From the NCBI RefSeq assembly GCF_006345805.1, contig NC_043010.1:1612001-1676000 (forward strand): 64,000 bases of DNA, in the 5' to 3' direction. The notes under the pieces are model-generated. The model searched no databases. It was not told where the DNA came from and was given only the letters and a program-made list of their open reading frames with translations. Both the position numbers and the translations under genes were made by a program. This stretch comes from Octopus sinensis (taxonomy: Eukaryota). Positions 12,256-25,035 of the stretch are shown here, in pieces (positions within the stretch are counted from its first letter, which is position 1; every line of letters starts with the position of its first letter).

Positions 12256-12540
12256 TCCCTGCGACGGATCGGCATCCCGTTCAGGAGAATATTCTGAAGC
12301 CGGTTACTTATACGCCACGGAAAGCCGAGTAACGGCCTTATGAAACCTTTGGTTCGAGAAGAAAAAAAAGTTTGAATACTGGACGGGTGGAGTGAGGTAT
12401 AGTCGATCATATTTGCTCCAGTACTTGACTGGAACTTATGTATCTCGGAATGGCATGACAACGAGGGTTCAGTCTCTGCATTATCGCTAGGCCTGTTAGA
12501 TTTAATGACCAAATTAGCATCAAATAATGTGATAACGTGT

Positions 12541-12680
12541 GGAGGCGCGTGGCCTAGTCTGTTGCACCCCCGACTGTAAGGTCGCGGTTTCGATTACCGT
12601 CCGGGCGGCACGTTGTGTTCGTGAGTAAAACGCTTCATTTTGCGCTACCCCACAGTCCACTCAGCTGCAAATGAGTTCCA
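12541..12680 (+). mobile_element. SINE family B, degenerate 5' part
   Basis: GGAGGCGCGTGGCCTAGT..GGTTTCGATTACC..CAGTCCACTCAGCTG. Confidence 0.7.
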
Positions 12681-13109
12681 GAAATGGCTGGGAACCTTCG
12701 AGAAACTGGAAGTGTTGTAATTACTGTTGAAATACCTTTGATTTTTTGGGTCAGGTTGATCCGGGGCCAAACAGCAGCAACAAATAGATAAAAGATCAAA
12801 TGAAAAGTTGATTTGAGTGGAATTTGAACCGAAAACCAGAACCTTTGGACTGAAAACGTAAGGAGTAAATTTTACGGATCGCGAAAATGAGTCTGTTAAT
12901 CAACTCATCGCTATTAGAAAGGAATTCGTTTCAGCAGCCAGCATAATTAGGCATTGTGGCATACAGACGTACCTCATGATACGGAACTGTGGTATTCTTG
13001 AAAGACTCGCGGTAACATAGAATTGAATTGCGTAATGCAAAATGTATTTCTTACTAGTTATTCTATCAATCAACATATTTTCATTACATGGAGAAAATGA
13101 AAGAAAAAT

Positions 13110-13414
13110 TTTCGGGGTTGATTAAATAAGTACCAGTTACACACTGGGGTCGATATAATCGACTTAATCCGTTTGTCTGACCTTATTCGTCCCCTCTGTG
13201 TTTAGCCCCTTGTGGGTAGTAAAGAAATAGGTATTTCATCTGTCGCTACGTTCTGAGTTCAAATTCCGCCGAGGTCGACTTTGCCTTTCATCCTTTCAGA
13301 GTCGATTAAACAAGTACCAGTTACGCACTGGGGTCGATATAATCGACTTAATCCGTTTGTCTGTCCTTGTTTGTACCCTCTGTGTTTAGCCCCTTGTGGT
13401 CAATAAAAAAATAA
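13110..13414 (+). mobile_element. SINE family A body, head-to-tail dimer (184-bp period)
   Basis: AAGTACCAG recurs at 13128 and 13312; junction GAAATAGGTATTTC at 13224-13237. Confidence 0.9.
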
Positions 13415-13513
13415 GAAGCGGGGGTGAAGAATGATGGCATGTTGTAGTATTAATGGCATTTTGTTAAGATCATCAACAATATGAATGAACTGATGAGGAT
13501 CTTTAACCTAGAA

Positions 13514-13713
13514 CGGTTTCAAATTTTAGTAGAAGGCCTGTAATTACATCGAACCCCAGTACTCAACAGTGACTTAGTTTATCAATCCCAGAAGGATGAA
13601 AAGAAAAGTCAACCTTTGTGCAATTTGAACCCAAAATATTTTTTAAAAGCCGGAAGCAATGTCGCTAAGCATACTGTCTGATGCGCTAACGATTCTGCCT
13701 CTTCACCTCCTTC
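13514..13713 (-). mobile_element. SINE family A with 15-bp TSD
   Basis: ATCTTTAACCTAGAA at 13499-13513 and 13714-13728 flanks the copy. Confidence 0.85.
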
Positions 13714-14364
13714 ATCTTTAACCTAGAATAAAGACTAAGTCTGTCCAGTTGACTTGCTGGGTGCGTTTGCTTCACTGAACAGCCGGCCTCGCTTAATTAA
13801 ACCGGCATAATGACGATATAAATTAGTTACCTGACGAGTTCCTGGAACCGTATTTTATAACGAGCTTCAGCCAACTACGGATTCTTTTAAAGAATTAATG
13901 AAGTCATGACGCAAAATTTAATCACGATGATGACGAGGCGCTGTTGTTTTCTACGTTTTATTATTATTGATTGTTGTTTTTTTTTAGTTGGCGGTTCCTT
14001 TCTTCCTCCCTTTCTTTCTTTCCTTCTTCCTTTCTTTCTTTCTTTTTTCTTTGCTTTTCGTTTCGTTTATTTAATTATTTAATTCAGTTAAAATGCTTTA
14101 TTGCTTTATGTGATGGTTTTATATTTCATCGTTTAATAGAATGAGGAAAACGGGGTGGGTGAGGTTGGAGGGTCGGGGTAGAATCGAGGTGTTGTTAGAA
14201 TGAGTCTCAATGGTTACGACATCACTAAAAATACACTTTAAAATCAAATACACACAAGCACAAAATAAGCAAATAAATAAATAAAACAATTATGTATTAA
14301 TTATTTTACACTAATTATATTTTAAGAGCATTAATTCACTTAAGAATAATAATATTAATGATAA

Positions 14365-15049
14365 TTTCATACTTTGGCACAAGAGCAGGAAATTTGGATG
14401 AAGGAGATAACATTACATTACTTTTATCCCAGTATTCGACTGGTACTTCATTTTATCGACTCAAGAAGGATGAAAGGTAAAACTGAACTCGGTGCGATTC
14501 GAACGTACTACGTAAAGTACCGCAACAAACACCTCAAAGCATTTGAGTAGCTCTAACGATTCATCCAATTCAACATCCGTTAAATAGGCACAAGGCCTGA
14601 GATTTTGGGGGAGGGAGATAGTCGATTACATCAACCCCAGTGTTTCACTGGTACTTATTTGTCGATCCATAAAGGATCAAAGATGAAATCGATCCCGGGG
14701 GAATTTGAACTCAGAACGTAAGGGCGGACGAAATGCCGCTAGGCATTTTTCCCAGCGCGCTAACGATTCTGCCATTTCGCCGCCTTCGTCGCCTTAATAA
14801 AATTAGTAATAATGATTTTTACTGTAGGCACAAGGCCTGAAATTTTGAGGGAGTGGTGCTAGTCGATTACATCGACCCCAGACGACATTCCTAGTTTTAC
14901 AGTTTGTTTGAGGGCTAAATCTACATGCAATGCAGTTCTTATCAGTACACAGGGTTCTACTAAAAGGGTAGGTTCTACCGATTAGGGATTTTATAGGTAC
15001 TTATTTCATTGACCCCGAAAGGGTCAAAGGCAAAGTCGACCTCGGAGGA

Positions 15050-15050
<1 letters not shown>
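14365..15050 (-). mobile_element. Cluster of three SINE family A copies; the third is interrupted by a PLE fragment
   Basis: Repeated GGCACAAGGCCTGA..GTCGATTACATC..GGTACTTAT..AAAGTCGACCTCGG modules. Confidence 0.8.
14881..14997 (-). mobile_element. 117-bp PLE linker fragment inserted in a SINE
   Basis: Minus translation PIKSLIGRTYPFSRTLCTDKNCIACRFSPQTNCKTRNVV; about 10 mismatches plus a 7-bp indel vs 16605-16714. Confidence 0.85.
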
Positions 15051-15187
<137 letters not shown>

Positions 15188-15442
15188 GTTAGGCAGAAGA
15201 CAAGAAGATCCCGAAAGGTGTTTGATTTATGGTTCTCATTGACCACCATCTTTGATAATACTAATTGTTTCAAATATTAGCATGAGGTCAGCAATGTTTA
15301 AAAGCAGATGCTTAATCTATTATATCGTCTCAGCACTTCACTGAGTGAAAGTGATATATATATATATATTGTTGTATTTGAGGATGGTCATGTTGCCAGT
15401 TTAGCCAATGAAAATACACGCCCTATACATTTGGTGTTCACC

Positions 15443-15849
15443 TACTCTGTTTTACTCTTTTATTTGTTTCAGGCATTTGACTGCGGCCATGCTGGAGCAC
15501 CGCCTTTAGTCGAGCAAATCGACCCCGGGACTTATTCTTTGCAAGCCCAGTACTTATTCTATCGGTCTCTTTTGCCGAACCGCTAAGTGAGGGGGACGTA
15601 AACACACCAGCATCGGTTGTCAAGCAATGCTAGGGGGACAAACACAGACACACAAACACACACACACATACATATATATACATATATACGACAGGCTTCT
15701 TTCAGTTTCCGTCTACCAAATCCACTCACAAGGCATTGGTCGGCCCGGGGCTATAGTAGAAGACACTTGCCCAAGATGCCACGCAGTGGGACTGAACCCG
15801 GAACCATGTGATTGGTTAGCAAGCGACTTACCACACAGCCACTCCTGCG
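15443..15849 (-). mobile_element. SINE family C, full length
   Basis: Head GCGCAGGAGTGGCTGTGTGGTAAG, B box GGGTTCAGTCCC, internal (TA)/(TG) spacer, C tail. Confidence 0.92.
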
Positions 15850-15884
15850 CTTGTTTCACCTTTATTTTATATTAATCGTATTTC

Positions 15885-15929
15885 GGCCAGAGTCTCTTTC
15901 GTCTTACTTCTGTGACCTCAACAGTGGCC
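15885..15929 (-). ncRNA. Minimal type I hammerhead ribozyme (A6U core substitution in this copy)
   Basis: GGCCA-CUGUUGA-G-GUC(acagaaguaa)GAC-GAAAG-AGA-CUC-UGGCC: perfect 5-bp stem I, CUC cleavage triplet, near-palindromic stem III. Confidence 0.65.
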
Positions 15930-16269
15930 CTTTGCTTTCTTCTTTCTTTTTCTGTCTCCCCTTAATAACGAGCTGCCATTTTGTATGTGTCTTTATTTGC
16001 GCATGTGTATATCCTTGTGTGTGTTTAGAGAGTGTGTGTGTGCGAATGTATATGGTAGCTACTTCATCAGTATCCTTTGTTTATTCACGTTCGTTTAATT
16101 TAATTTTATTTATTGTATTCATGTGTTTTTATCTACTTACTTTTTCATTTCTTTCTTTTTTGTATTAATTTAATTTAATATATTTTATTTATATATATAT
16201 AATTATTTTATTCCATTCATTTACCTGTGTATTGTATTAGTTTCATATTATTATCAGTTTATGGGGATC

Positions 16270-17013
16270 TTATTTTGCCATAGGTTGTGATGTGTGTGGT
16301 GTGTGTGTGCTAGTGTTCCATTCTTGTTTTCTATTTAAGCTAGGTTTATCTTCTATTATTTGTGTAGCTTCCATAATTTGTCTAAGCGTTGCGTCTGTTC
16401 TATTTGTGGACAAGATTTTAACGTCCATGTTGCTGAGTGAGCTCCCGCGTTCCTGCTCGGCGTGCTGGTATAGAACCGATGAGCTCTTCTCTTCTTTAAG
16501 TTCCCTCCAATGCTCATTTACCCGCTCTCCTATGCTCCGTGCTGTCTCCCCTACGTACGTCGTTGTCTTGTTTTTGCACCGTCCCTCTGTACATCTTATA
16601 CTATAAACAACATTCCTAGATTTACAGTTTGTTTGTGGGCTAAATCCACCTACAATACAGTACTTATCAATACACAGGGTTCTACTAAAAGGGTAGGTTC
16701 TACGGATTTTATAGGGTTACCTGGCATTTGTACAACCTTAATTATTAGCTTAAGTTTGTATAGGGCCCCTCTCAAGCGGTAGTTCGCCTCTAGGGTTGGT
16801 GTCGACGAACATGACACTCTGGTATTTGTGGCTATCATACCATGATTTGGCCTTCCCTATTTTCTTCTTTGTTTTTACCATGGTTTTCCATGACTTGCTC
16901 CTATAGAGTGGGCAAATCCCATTCCTATCATTACGTATGATAGTTTCAAACTTCCTCGTGGCTCCTTTATAGACTCTGATCCTTTCTCTATGGCTGTTCT
17001 GGTCAGTAAGCAA
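16270..17013 (-). pseudogene. PLE ORF C-terminal part (linker and GIY-YIG endonuclease), frameshifted
   Basis: GICPLYRSKSW..KSWYDSHKYQSVMFVD / IKVVQMPGNPIKS / CKSRNVVYSIRCTEGRCKNKTTTYVGETARSIGERVNEH..LRQIMEATQIIEDKPSLNRKQEW: VVY/YVG GIY-YIG signature with conserved R, H, E and N. Confidence 0.9.
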
Positions 17014-17074
17014 CTAACAAACACACGCATGCGTAAGCAAGCTACTTGCCACACAGCCACTGCTGCGCCTTTCA

Positions 17075-17335
17075 CTGGAGCAACGTGAAATGAAGTGTTT
17101 TGCTCAAGAACACAGCGCGTTGTCCGGTCTGGGAATCGAAACCACAATCCTACGGTCATGAGTCCAACACCTAGTTATGTCCTTGAGCAAAAAATAAAAA
17201 AAAACACTTCATTTCACGTTGCTCCAACCGACTCAGCTTGCAAAAAGGAGTAACGCTGCGACGGACCGGCGTCGCGCCCACGTGCGGAATATATATGGCT
17301 CTGAAATCGGGAAACCAGCCCACATGAGGCTTGAC
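17075..17335. mobile_element. Head-to-head pair of SINE family B fragments (minus 17075-17172, plus 17176-17335 with tail T2)
   Basis: TGGAGCAACGTGAAATGAAGTGTTTTGCTCAAG is mirrored by CTTGAGCAA..AACACTTCATTTCACGTTGCTCCA. Confidence 0.8.
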
Positions 17336-17338
17336 ATG

Positions 17339-17383
<45 letters not shown>

Positions 17384-17514
17384 ATATATATCTTTAGTAC
17401 ATACGTATACATGCACACACGCATGCATATGTATGTACGTATTTATGCATGAATGTATGTGGATGTATTTGTGTATGTATGTATATCTCTCCGTCTGTCT
17501 GTCTCTCTCTCTCC

Positions 17515-17546
<32 letters not shown>

Positions 17547-18039
17547 TTCTCCTTTTATCTCGCTCCGTCTAAATGCGGTCCCTATTTAGTGAGATAACAC
17601 AAAGGGAGGAAACAGAAACGTTTGGTATAAATGAGATTTGGCATTACCTATTATTTCTAGCATGCTACAATCCCAAATAAAGACAACCTCGTTAGATTAT
17701 CTCCCTTACCTAACTGTCGACTATAACCAGCATTTTACATTCAATCTGAACGAAACTACATTGATTTTTTTCGCCCATCTCAAGGGAACTGTGATGGACA
17801 TGGACCCCACCGTGTCTCCCACCTAAGGCATAATTAAGAGCATTTTCTCTATCTGTCTACCAAGTCCACCATCCGATTCCGTAATGAAATAGCGAAGCGT
17901 CTGGTAGATTTCCATGGAGTTTCATCAATATTTGATGAGGGATATCATATTGCCAGACACCGTTCACACCTACGTTGTGGCTTGCATTTGCTTTTGTATT
18001 ATTAAATACTTACTCTGATGCATAGATTTATGTATGGAG

Positions 18040-18054
18040 ATACATCTATCTATA

Positions 18055-18097
<43 letters not shown>

Positions 18098-18102
18098 TAT
18101 AT

Positions 18103-18179
<77 letters not shown>

Positions 18180-18749
18180 ATATATATATGTATATGTATG
18201 CAGGTATATGGCTGATGGTAGTTTCATGTAAGTATGAATATATGCATACGTACATGTATGTGTGTGTGCAGATATATGGCTGTATATATTTGTCCATACA
18301 TGTATGTATGAAAATATGTATATGTATGTGTGTGTGTGTGTGTGCGCGCGCAGATATATGTCAGTGTGAATGAATGTTCATATACGCATGCGTGCGCGTT
18401 TGTGTTTATGCGTGTATGTGCACAAGTATGTGTATATACATGTGAGTATATAAATAAGATATATAATTGTGTTTATATAAGTATATTTATTTGGGTACAT
18501 ACATGTGTATATATATATGTATCCTTGTGTACTTCTATATGCATGTGTATGTATTCATATATGTATGTGTACGATTTATTTCTGCAAGTATGCATACTCA
18601 CTTGCGCACACTCATTCACACACACACACACATTTTACGTGTGTGTGTGTATGTTACTCTCTTTCTCTCTCTCTCTCTCTCTCTCTGTATATCTGTGTGC
18701 ATGTCTTTACGTATGCATTTTTGTACACGCAAGCGCGTGCGCTCGCTCA

Positions 18750-18789
<40 letters not shown>

Positions 18790-19406
18790 TACACATGCAT
18801 ACCATATATACACACCCGCGCGTGCACATAAAGGATACACACATGCACGCAGTTTCCGGTTCCTAATTTCCCCTCAGAACATATTCGACAATCGACTCAG
18901 CAACGAAATCCCATTTGCCCTTAATGTCCCGTACTGCTACAGAACCCAATTCCCTATGGTTGCGAAACAATTTTCTTTACCGCGCAGCCATGCTTTCGAG
19001 CATATCCGTTTGCGTGCATCTGTAACTTTCTATATGTATTTGTGTGTGTGCACGTGTGCCTGTGTGTGAGTGTGTCCGCGTGTGTGCACATGCTAATGTG
19101 TAGATGTGTGTGTACGACTGTCCGTGTATGCAGAGTATGCGCGCGTGAACCAGTGAAAACTTGTACCTAGGAAGACAGGTTTGGCTGTCAACCAACTGGT
19201 CTTGTGTATAATTTAGTAAGGGAAACGGATCGGACGGAGCCTTGCGGCAGAAACACGCTTTCTGCAGAAATCGGAGACATGCAGACTTCATTCATTAACA
19301 GCCTATAATGTATATATATGTACATATATATATACATACTTATATATATATATCTGTATATACATGCATAATATACACACGTATACATGCATATACACAT
19401 ATATTC

Positions 19407-19449
<43 letters not shown>

Positions 19450-20154
19450 TACACATATATGTATGTTTGTGTATATATATGTATGTTTGTGTATATATAT
19501 ATATATATATATATACACGTACATACATGCATCAGTATGTATGCACCTATTTACACACACTCACATATATATATATATACATACAAACATACATACAAAT
19601 ATATATACATATACGCATATATATATGTGGTGTGTGTGCACATGTAGTGTGTATATGTATGTGTGTGTATGTGTGTGTGCGTGTATGTGTGCGTGTATGT
19701 GTGTGTATGCGTGTGTGTCGATGATGATGATGATGCAAGTGGACAATGTTGTTAAAGTAATAAGATCGCTAACGAAAGGTAAGTGTGATAATTAGAATGA
19801 GACGCCTCAAGTTGTTTGGCGACATTTTACAAAAACACTCTTGGAATCGCTAATCTTACAATTATAACTCTGTACCTCACCTTCCACCAGCCATCCACAA
19901 ATACACACACACACACACACACCACACACACACACACTCACCCACATACACAGGGAGACATACGCACAAAAACAGATACGTACGTGTATGCATATGAGCA
20001 CCCACATATGACACACGCATATATATACACATATGCATATATTTATATATACATACACACACACATACATATACACACCACATACACACTACATGTGCAC
20101 ACTACATGTGCACACACACCACATAGATATATGCGTATATGTATATATATTTGC

Positions 20155-20194
<40 letters not shown>

Positions 20195-20314
20195 TCATAT
20201 ACACATAGACACATAGATACGCGCACACACAAACACACCACCACACACACATAGATACACATATACGTACATGTACTTGTAGTGAAAACAATTATGTGTA
20301 TGTACGTGTGTGTG

Positions 20315-20359
<45 letters not shown>

Positions 20360-20360
20360 T
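18040..20360. repeat. (AT)n/(AC)n/(GT)n low-complexity block with short unique islands
   Basis: Direct reading. Confidence 0.85.
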
Positions 20361-20952
20361 GTTTGAATAATATGAAGCAATAATTGTTGTCTTTAGATAT
20401 ACTAGTTTAACTCCCAGAAAAAACATAAGTTTTTTGGGGGGGGCGTGGGGGGAGGCGTATATATTTTGTATTCAAATTCTAATTTGAACCAAAACTCATT
20501 GCATAGAATTCTAGAATATACAAAAGAGAAGAAAGAGAATAAAATCCGAAAAACAAGTCGAAGAAAATCGAAAGTTATTACATTATAGTACTTGTGATGT
20601 CATAAGTAGCATAAAACGTACTTTTACCATTATGAAAGCAAGTGGGTTTGTTAGAAATGTACTTTAAGAACATTCACTCACCCAAGTGATACAAAAAAAA
20701 ATACCAGACAAACATACACACACATACAAAGCACTTCATGTGCGTGCGTGTAGGTGTGTGTTTGAGTATGTGTGCGCGTGTGTGTATGTATATATATATA
20801 TAGAGAGAGAGAGAGAAAAGAGAAACATAGATGGAGACACGGAGATTGAGAGACAGAGAGATAGAGAGGGTGATTTCAAACTTTGGCACAAGGCTATCAA
20901 TTTCAGGTGAGGGATAAGTCAATAAGATCGACTGCAGTGAGTGTGTGTTTGT

Positions 20953-21240
20953 GTGAAAATAAGGATGAACACAGTTTCATATTAAAGTCCCTACGCGCAT
21001 TTCACCATTATGGTCGTTTAGAACCCTGCGATAGATGTTATTGTATCAAGTTAGAAAAAGGTATGTCCCGTGACATAAATACCTGTAACTTGATGCGATG
21101 AAGTATTTCTTGTAGACCTGTGGCGGTTGGGCGGCAGCTCTAACCATTTTTGAACATCTATCGCATAGCTGCAAATAGCTGCAGTGTTGAAAGGCGTGTT
21201 GGAACTTTAAGGAGAGCATACGTTCATCCTTATTTTTCCA
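20953..21240. mobile_element. Diverged inverted-repeat element (old MITE)
   Basis: AAAATAAGGATGAAC..TTAAAGT..TGCGATAGATGTT at the left is mirrored at 21151-21237. Confidence 0.55.
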
Positions 21241-21247
21241 ACGTTTG

Positions 21248-21731
21248 CTCTGAAGGCCATAACAAGTAATACCACACGGCATGATCGTCTCTAGCTCGTA
21301 TTCGATCATTGGGTTCGTCAGTTTCCATTCACTCTCCTCGGCTGATGTTTGTGTCGAAAGTGACTTTGGAGTCCAAGTCGGTGGTGAAAGTGTCATGGGC
21401 AGAACTCGCACGGGATGGTCAGAGCAGGTCGAGGATGTTGAAGACTCTCCTTTCTTCTCCTGCTTTTTCCCTCCTCATTCTGTTGTCCGTTCTGCTCGAA
21501 GGACCTGGCTCCATTGCGGATGTCCTATCCATGGCAATCTGTTCCCATGGGGATGGCTGGATGTTAGCTAGAGCCAAGGTCCATTTGAGCTGGTCTTTCA
21601 AACGGAATTTCGAACCTCCTCTGGGTCTTGTTCCGATTGCAAGTTCTCTGTAGAGCATGATCCTTAGGAGACAAGAGGGCTCCATATGCTGGACGTGACC
21701 CGCCCAGCGGAGGCGACGGTGTACACTCAGT
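21248..21731 (-). mobile_element. RTE-clade (BovB-like) LINE 3' end
   Basis: Minus translation RRLRWAGHVQHMEPSCLLRIMLYRELAIGTRPRGGSKFRLKDQLK..WEQIAMDR matches the RTE C-terminal RLRWAGHV.RM..LYGEL..G.R..G..W...A.DR motif. Confidence 0.85.
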
Positions 21732-22914
21732 ATAGAAGTTACTTAACGACTATAGAGGAAGCTGAGTGGATTATGGAAATCTACGTGGAGCTCTGAATAT
21801 ATAACAACAGCAGTCATTCAATTACTTGTGTGCACACAATGTCTACATTATATGTGTGTGTGAGTGTGTGAAGATGTATGTGTGAAGATGTGTGTGTGCG
21901 TGTTTGTGTGTGTATGTGTGCGTGTGTGCGGATATGTGTGCGTGTGCGTGTATGTGTGTGGGTGTTTGTGTGGATGTGTTTGTGCGTGTGTGCGTGTGTA
22001 TGTATATGTGGATGTGTGTGTGTATCGATGTGTATATGTGCATGCCTGTGTGTGTGTGGAAGTGTGTCTGTGCATGTAGATGTGCGTGTGTGCGGATGTG
22101 TGTGCGTGCGTGTATGTGTGTGGATGTGTATGTATGGATGTGGACGTGTACGTGCATGTGTGTGTATGTGTGTGTGTATGAGTGTGTGTTTGTGTGTGTG
22201 TGTGTGGGTGAGTGTGATTATGTCAATCCAATACTAATAACCGACAATATATCAACCACAGTTATGTGGCCTTCTTCAAATGATGCAAATAAATACTTAA
22301 TATTTCATTTTGTTTTATCCTTTACCTCAACACCAAAATATTATTTAATATATTTTCCTTTCATTTATGTTTCTTTTTCTCTTAATCTTTTCGTTCTTTT
22401 CTTTGTCTTATTATTTCAGAGAACGCGCTACTGTTTGCCTTCTATTTTTTTCCTTCCTTTTTTTTCTTTTCTTAGTTTCTTTCTCAGATTCTATCATTTT
22501 TCAGCTCCACCCAACCTTACAACATATTTCGTAAATTAAGCGCCAAGTTGTGGTACTAATTTTCCTCTAACTACACCTAGATTAATTCGGCAAATTCTGC
22601 AGGCAATCAAATAAGACGAGAAATAAAAGCAACAACAAACGAGAACAATAACAAGAACAACAGCAAAAACACCAACACTACCACCGCCAACAACAACAAC
22701 AACAAAAACAACAACAACAACGTCAACAGCCACAAGAACAAAAATCAATAGCAATAGTCTTCTATGTAATAAAGCTTTCGCTTCTTGCAGTGATGGAAGG
22801 AGATTCCAAGTTGCTCCAGTGTGCTGAAAGAGGTGTGACCGTATTCGATCAATTACTTCGTTTTCAATATTATTATTTTTTGAAGAAAATAATTAAACAA
22901 AAGATTCATTATTA

Positions 22915-23138
22915 TTGGTTTCAGATTTTTGGTATAAGTCCAGGAATTTGCGGGGGAGGAAGTGGGGGGTAAGTCGATTACATCGATTCCAATGTTCAAT
23001 TGGAACTTATTTTATCGACTCCCAAAAGGATGACAGGCAAAGTCGTACACAGCAAAATTTGAACTCAGAACGTAAAGACGGACGAAATGTTGCTAAGCAT
23101 TTTTACCGACTCGCTAACGATTCTGCCAGCTCACCTTA
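22915..23138 (-). mobile_element. SINE family A
   Basis: Ends TAACGATTCTGCCAGCTCACC; followed by (AAT)n. Confidence 0.85.
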
Positions 23139-23140
23139 CG

Positions 23141-23193
<53 letters not shown>

Positions 23194-23320
23194 TAATAAG
23201 AAGAAGAGAAAAGAAGAAGAAGAAGAAGAAGGAACGAACGAACGTACGAATTTCTGACATCACATCAAACAGTTTGGTATGAATTACAATAAGAATAACA
23301 CAGACGCAGACACACACACA

Positions 23321-23354
<34 letters not shown>

Positions 23355-23357
23355 ACA

Positions 23358-23394
<37 letters not shown>

Positions 23395-24016
23395 CAACAT
23401 ACACGTTCTTCCAAGCAAAAACTATGCAGAGCATTTGAATTGGGAAACAAAGTTGGCTTTTCCGGCCTTCCGTTTTTTTCTGGAGCTACTTCAAACAGAT
23501 GAGCCCTAGATTCCTATTCTCTGGCGGTAAAAAAAGTCTGCTTGATAGAGTTGAGTTACAAACAGCAGTGCATCCATAACTCAGTTCCTTATAGAACAAC
23601 AGATGCTGAAAGAGTAACGGCAAGTAATATTTGTCGGTACTAATCAATAAATTCAGTACCAGTGATATGCTAAAGTACATACCCATCCCTATCTCTCACT
23701 CTCTCGCTTTCTCTTTTAATACATTGGCGCGTTACGTTTCAAGAAACTCCATACTTTAGTTGCCGTATTCCCCATCAACCACTAAATCATATGAAGAATA
23801 CCATGCTGCAGAACTCATTCAAAGTGTTCGTTGCTCCAGAAAGAGAGAAGAAGAGTTGAACGAGAATCTAGCAACTTCTCTTTCAATCACATCATCCACT
23901 ACTGGAACCGCCCAGAGACACGTCGATGCGCTCTACAACAAGAAAAAGGAATTCAGAAGACGCGCACTTATGTATTGCCAAAGTTCTTGAAGTTCAACAG
24001 GTGTTATGTGTGTGTG

Positions 24017-24098
<82 letters not shown>

Positions 24099-24129
24099 GT
24101 ATGTTGTATGTATGTATGTATGTATGTAT

Positions 24130-24322
24130 GTAACAAAGTAAAGTTGTAAGATACCGCACGAGTGGATATATATGAAAGAAAGTTTGAAAATGCATTTTAA
24201 AGATGTTTATTCACTTGACCGCTTTCACTTTTTTTAGAAAAAGATTTTGTAAGAAGATTTTTCTAAAAAAAAGTGAAACCGGTCAAGTGAAGAAACATCT
24301 TTAAAATCGCATTTTCGAACCC

Positions 24323-24328
<6 letters not shown>
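24130..24328 (-). mobile_element. PLE-type 3' end with 5' inversion, paralog of 3491-3740
   Basis: Foldback 24186-24316 (GAAAATGC..GCATTTTC) with GTGAAACCGGTCAAG in the right arm; tail TAACAAAGT..ACCGCACGAGTGGA is the reverse complement of the 3703-3740 tail. Confidence 0.7.
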
Positions 24329-24410
<82 letters not shown>

Positions 24411-24739
24411 CAAGTCAATTGAATTTGAAAACGAGACTTGTTCATATCGTTACAAATTTTGATCGTGTATGTTGGTAAGTGGAACTTCATTTGAGGTTGT
24501 TGTTATTGTTGCTGTTGTTTAAGTTCCGATCAGCCGTGATCAAAAGCATTCTGGAAGTATAAATCCGGACTTTATTCTAAACAGCGTATCTACGATTATT
24601 CGAGATTCCGTGTTTTTTCCCATTGCACGATATAATGAAGAAGTCTATTATACCACAGATTTGCTTCGGTCCAGCAATGTTCGATTCTACTGAATTGAAA
24701 AATACCTACCAGTGCTTTTAATAATTACTCATGAAAAAC

Positions 24740-25035
24740 ACTCAGTGGTTAGGGCGTCGGTTGTGAGTTCGATTCCCGGACCGGGTTGTATGTTGTGTTC
24801 TTGGGCAAAACACTTTTATTTCACGTCGCTTCAGTTCATGGAGCTGTAGAAACTAGTTGCGACGCCATTGGTGCTAAATCGTATCAACCTCTGCTGTGTC
24901 TTTGGCTAACATCAGTGGAAAAGGAAGACTTCTATGCGTGGGCAACCGCTGGTCTTCCACAAGCAGCCTGTTCATGCCTTGGAGAGGAACTTTCTAGATG
25001 CAATTCCATGGTCATTCGCGGCTGAAAGAAGTCTT
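24740..25035 (+). mobile_element. SINE family B (head B2, tail T3)
   Basis: CAGTGGTTAGGGCG..GAGTTCGATTCCCGG..CTTGGGCAAAACACTTTTATTTCACG then a tail ending CCATGGTCATTCGCGGCTGAAAGAAGTCTTTA. Confidence 0.75.

Larger units (their letters stand above)
15850..17030 (-). mobile_element. 5'-truncated Penelope-like element (Neptune-like): linker, GIY-YIG and 3' region with hammerhead
   Basis: See pseudogene 16270-17013 and HHR 15885-15929; AATAAA follows the HHR on the minus strand. Confidence 0.85.

Noticed and set aside
13831-13850. CTGACGA-GTTCC-T-GGAAC hammerhead-like start
   Set aside because: No GAAA follows the stem, and stems I and III are absent.
17710-17822. 113-nt minus-strand segment bounded by AG and GTAAG
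   Set aside because: All three frames contain a stop and there is no homology evidence.
23480-24002. Short open frames with vague similarity to a retroelement thumb region (IHYWNRP, FRRRALMYCQ)
   Set aside because: No diagnostic motif could be aligned with confidence; it needs a BLASTx/HMM search.
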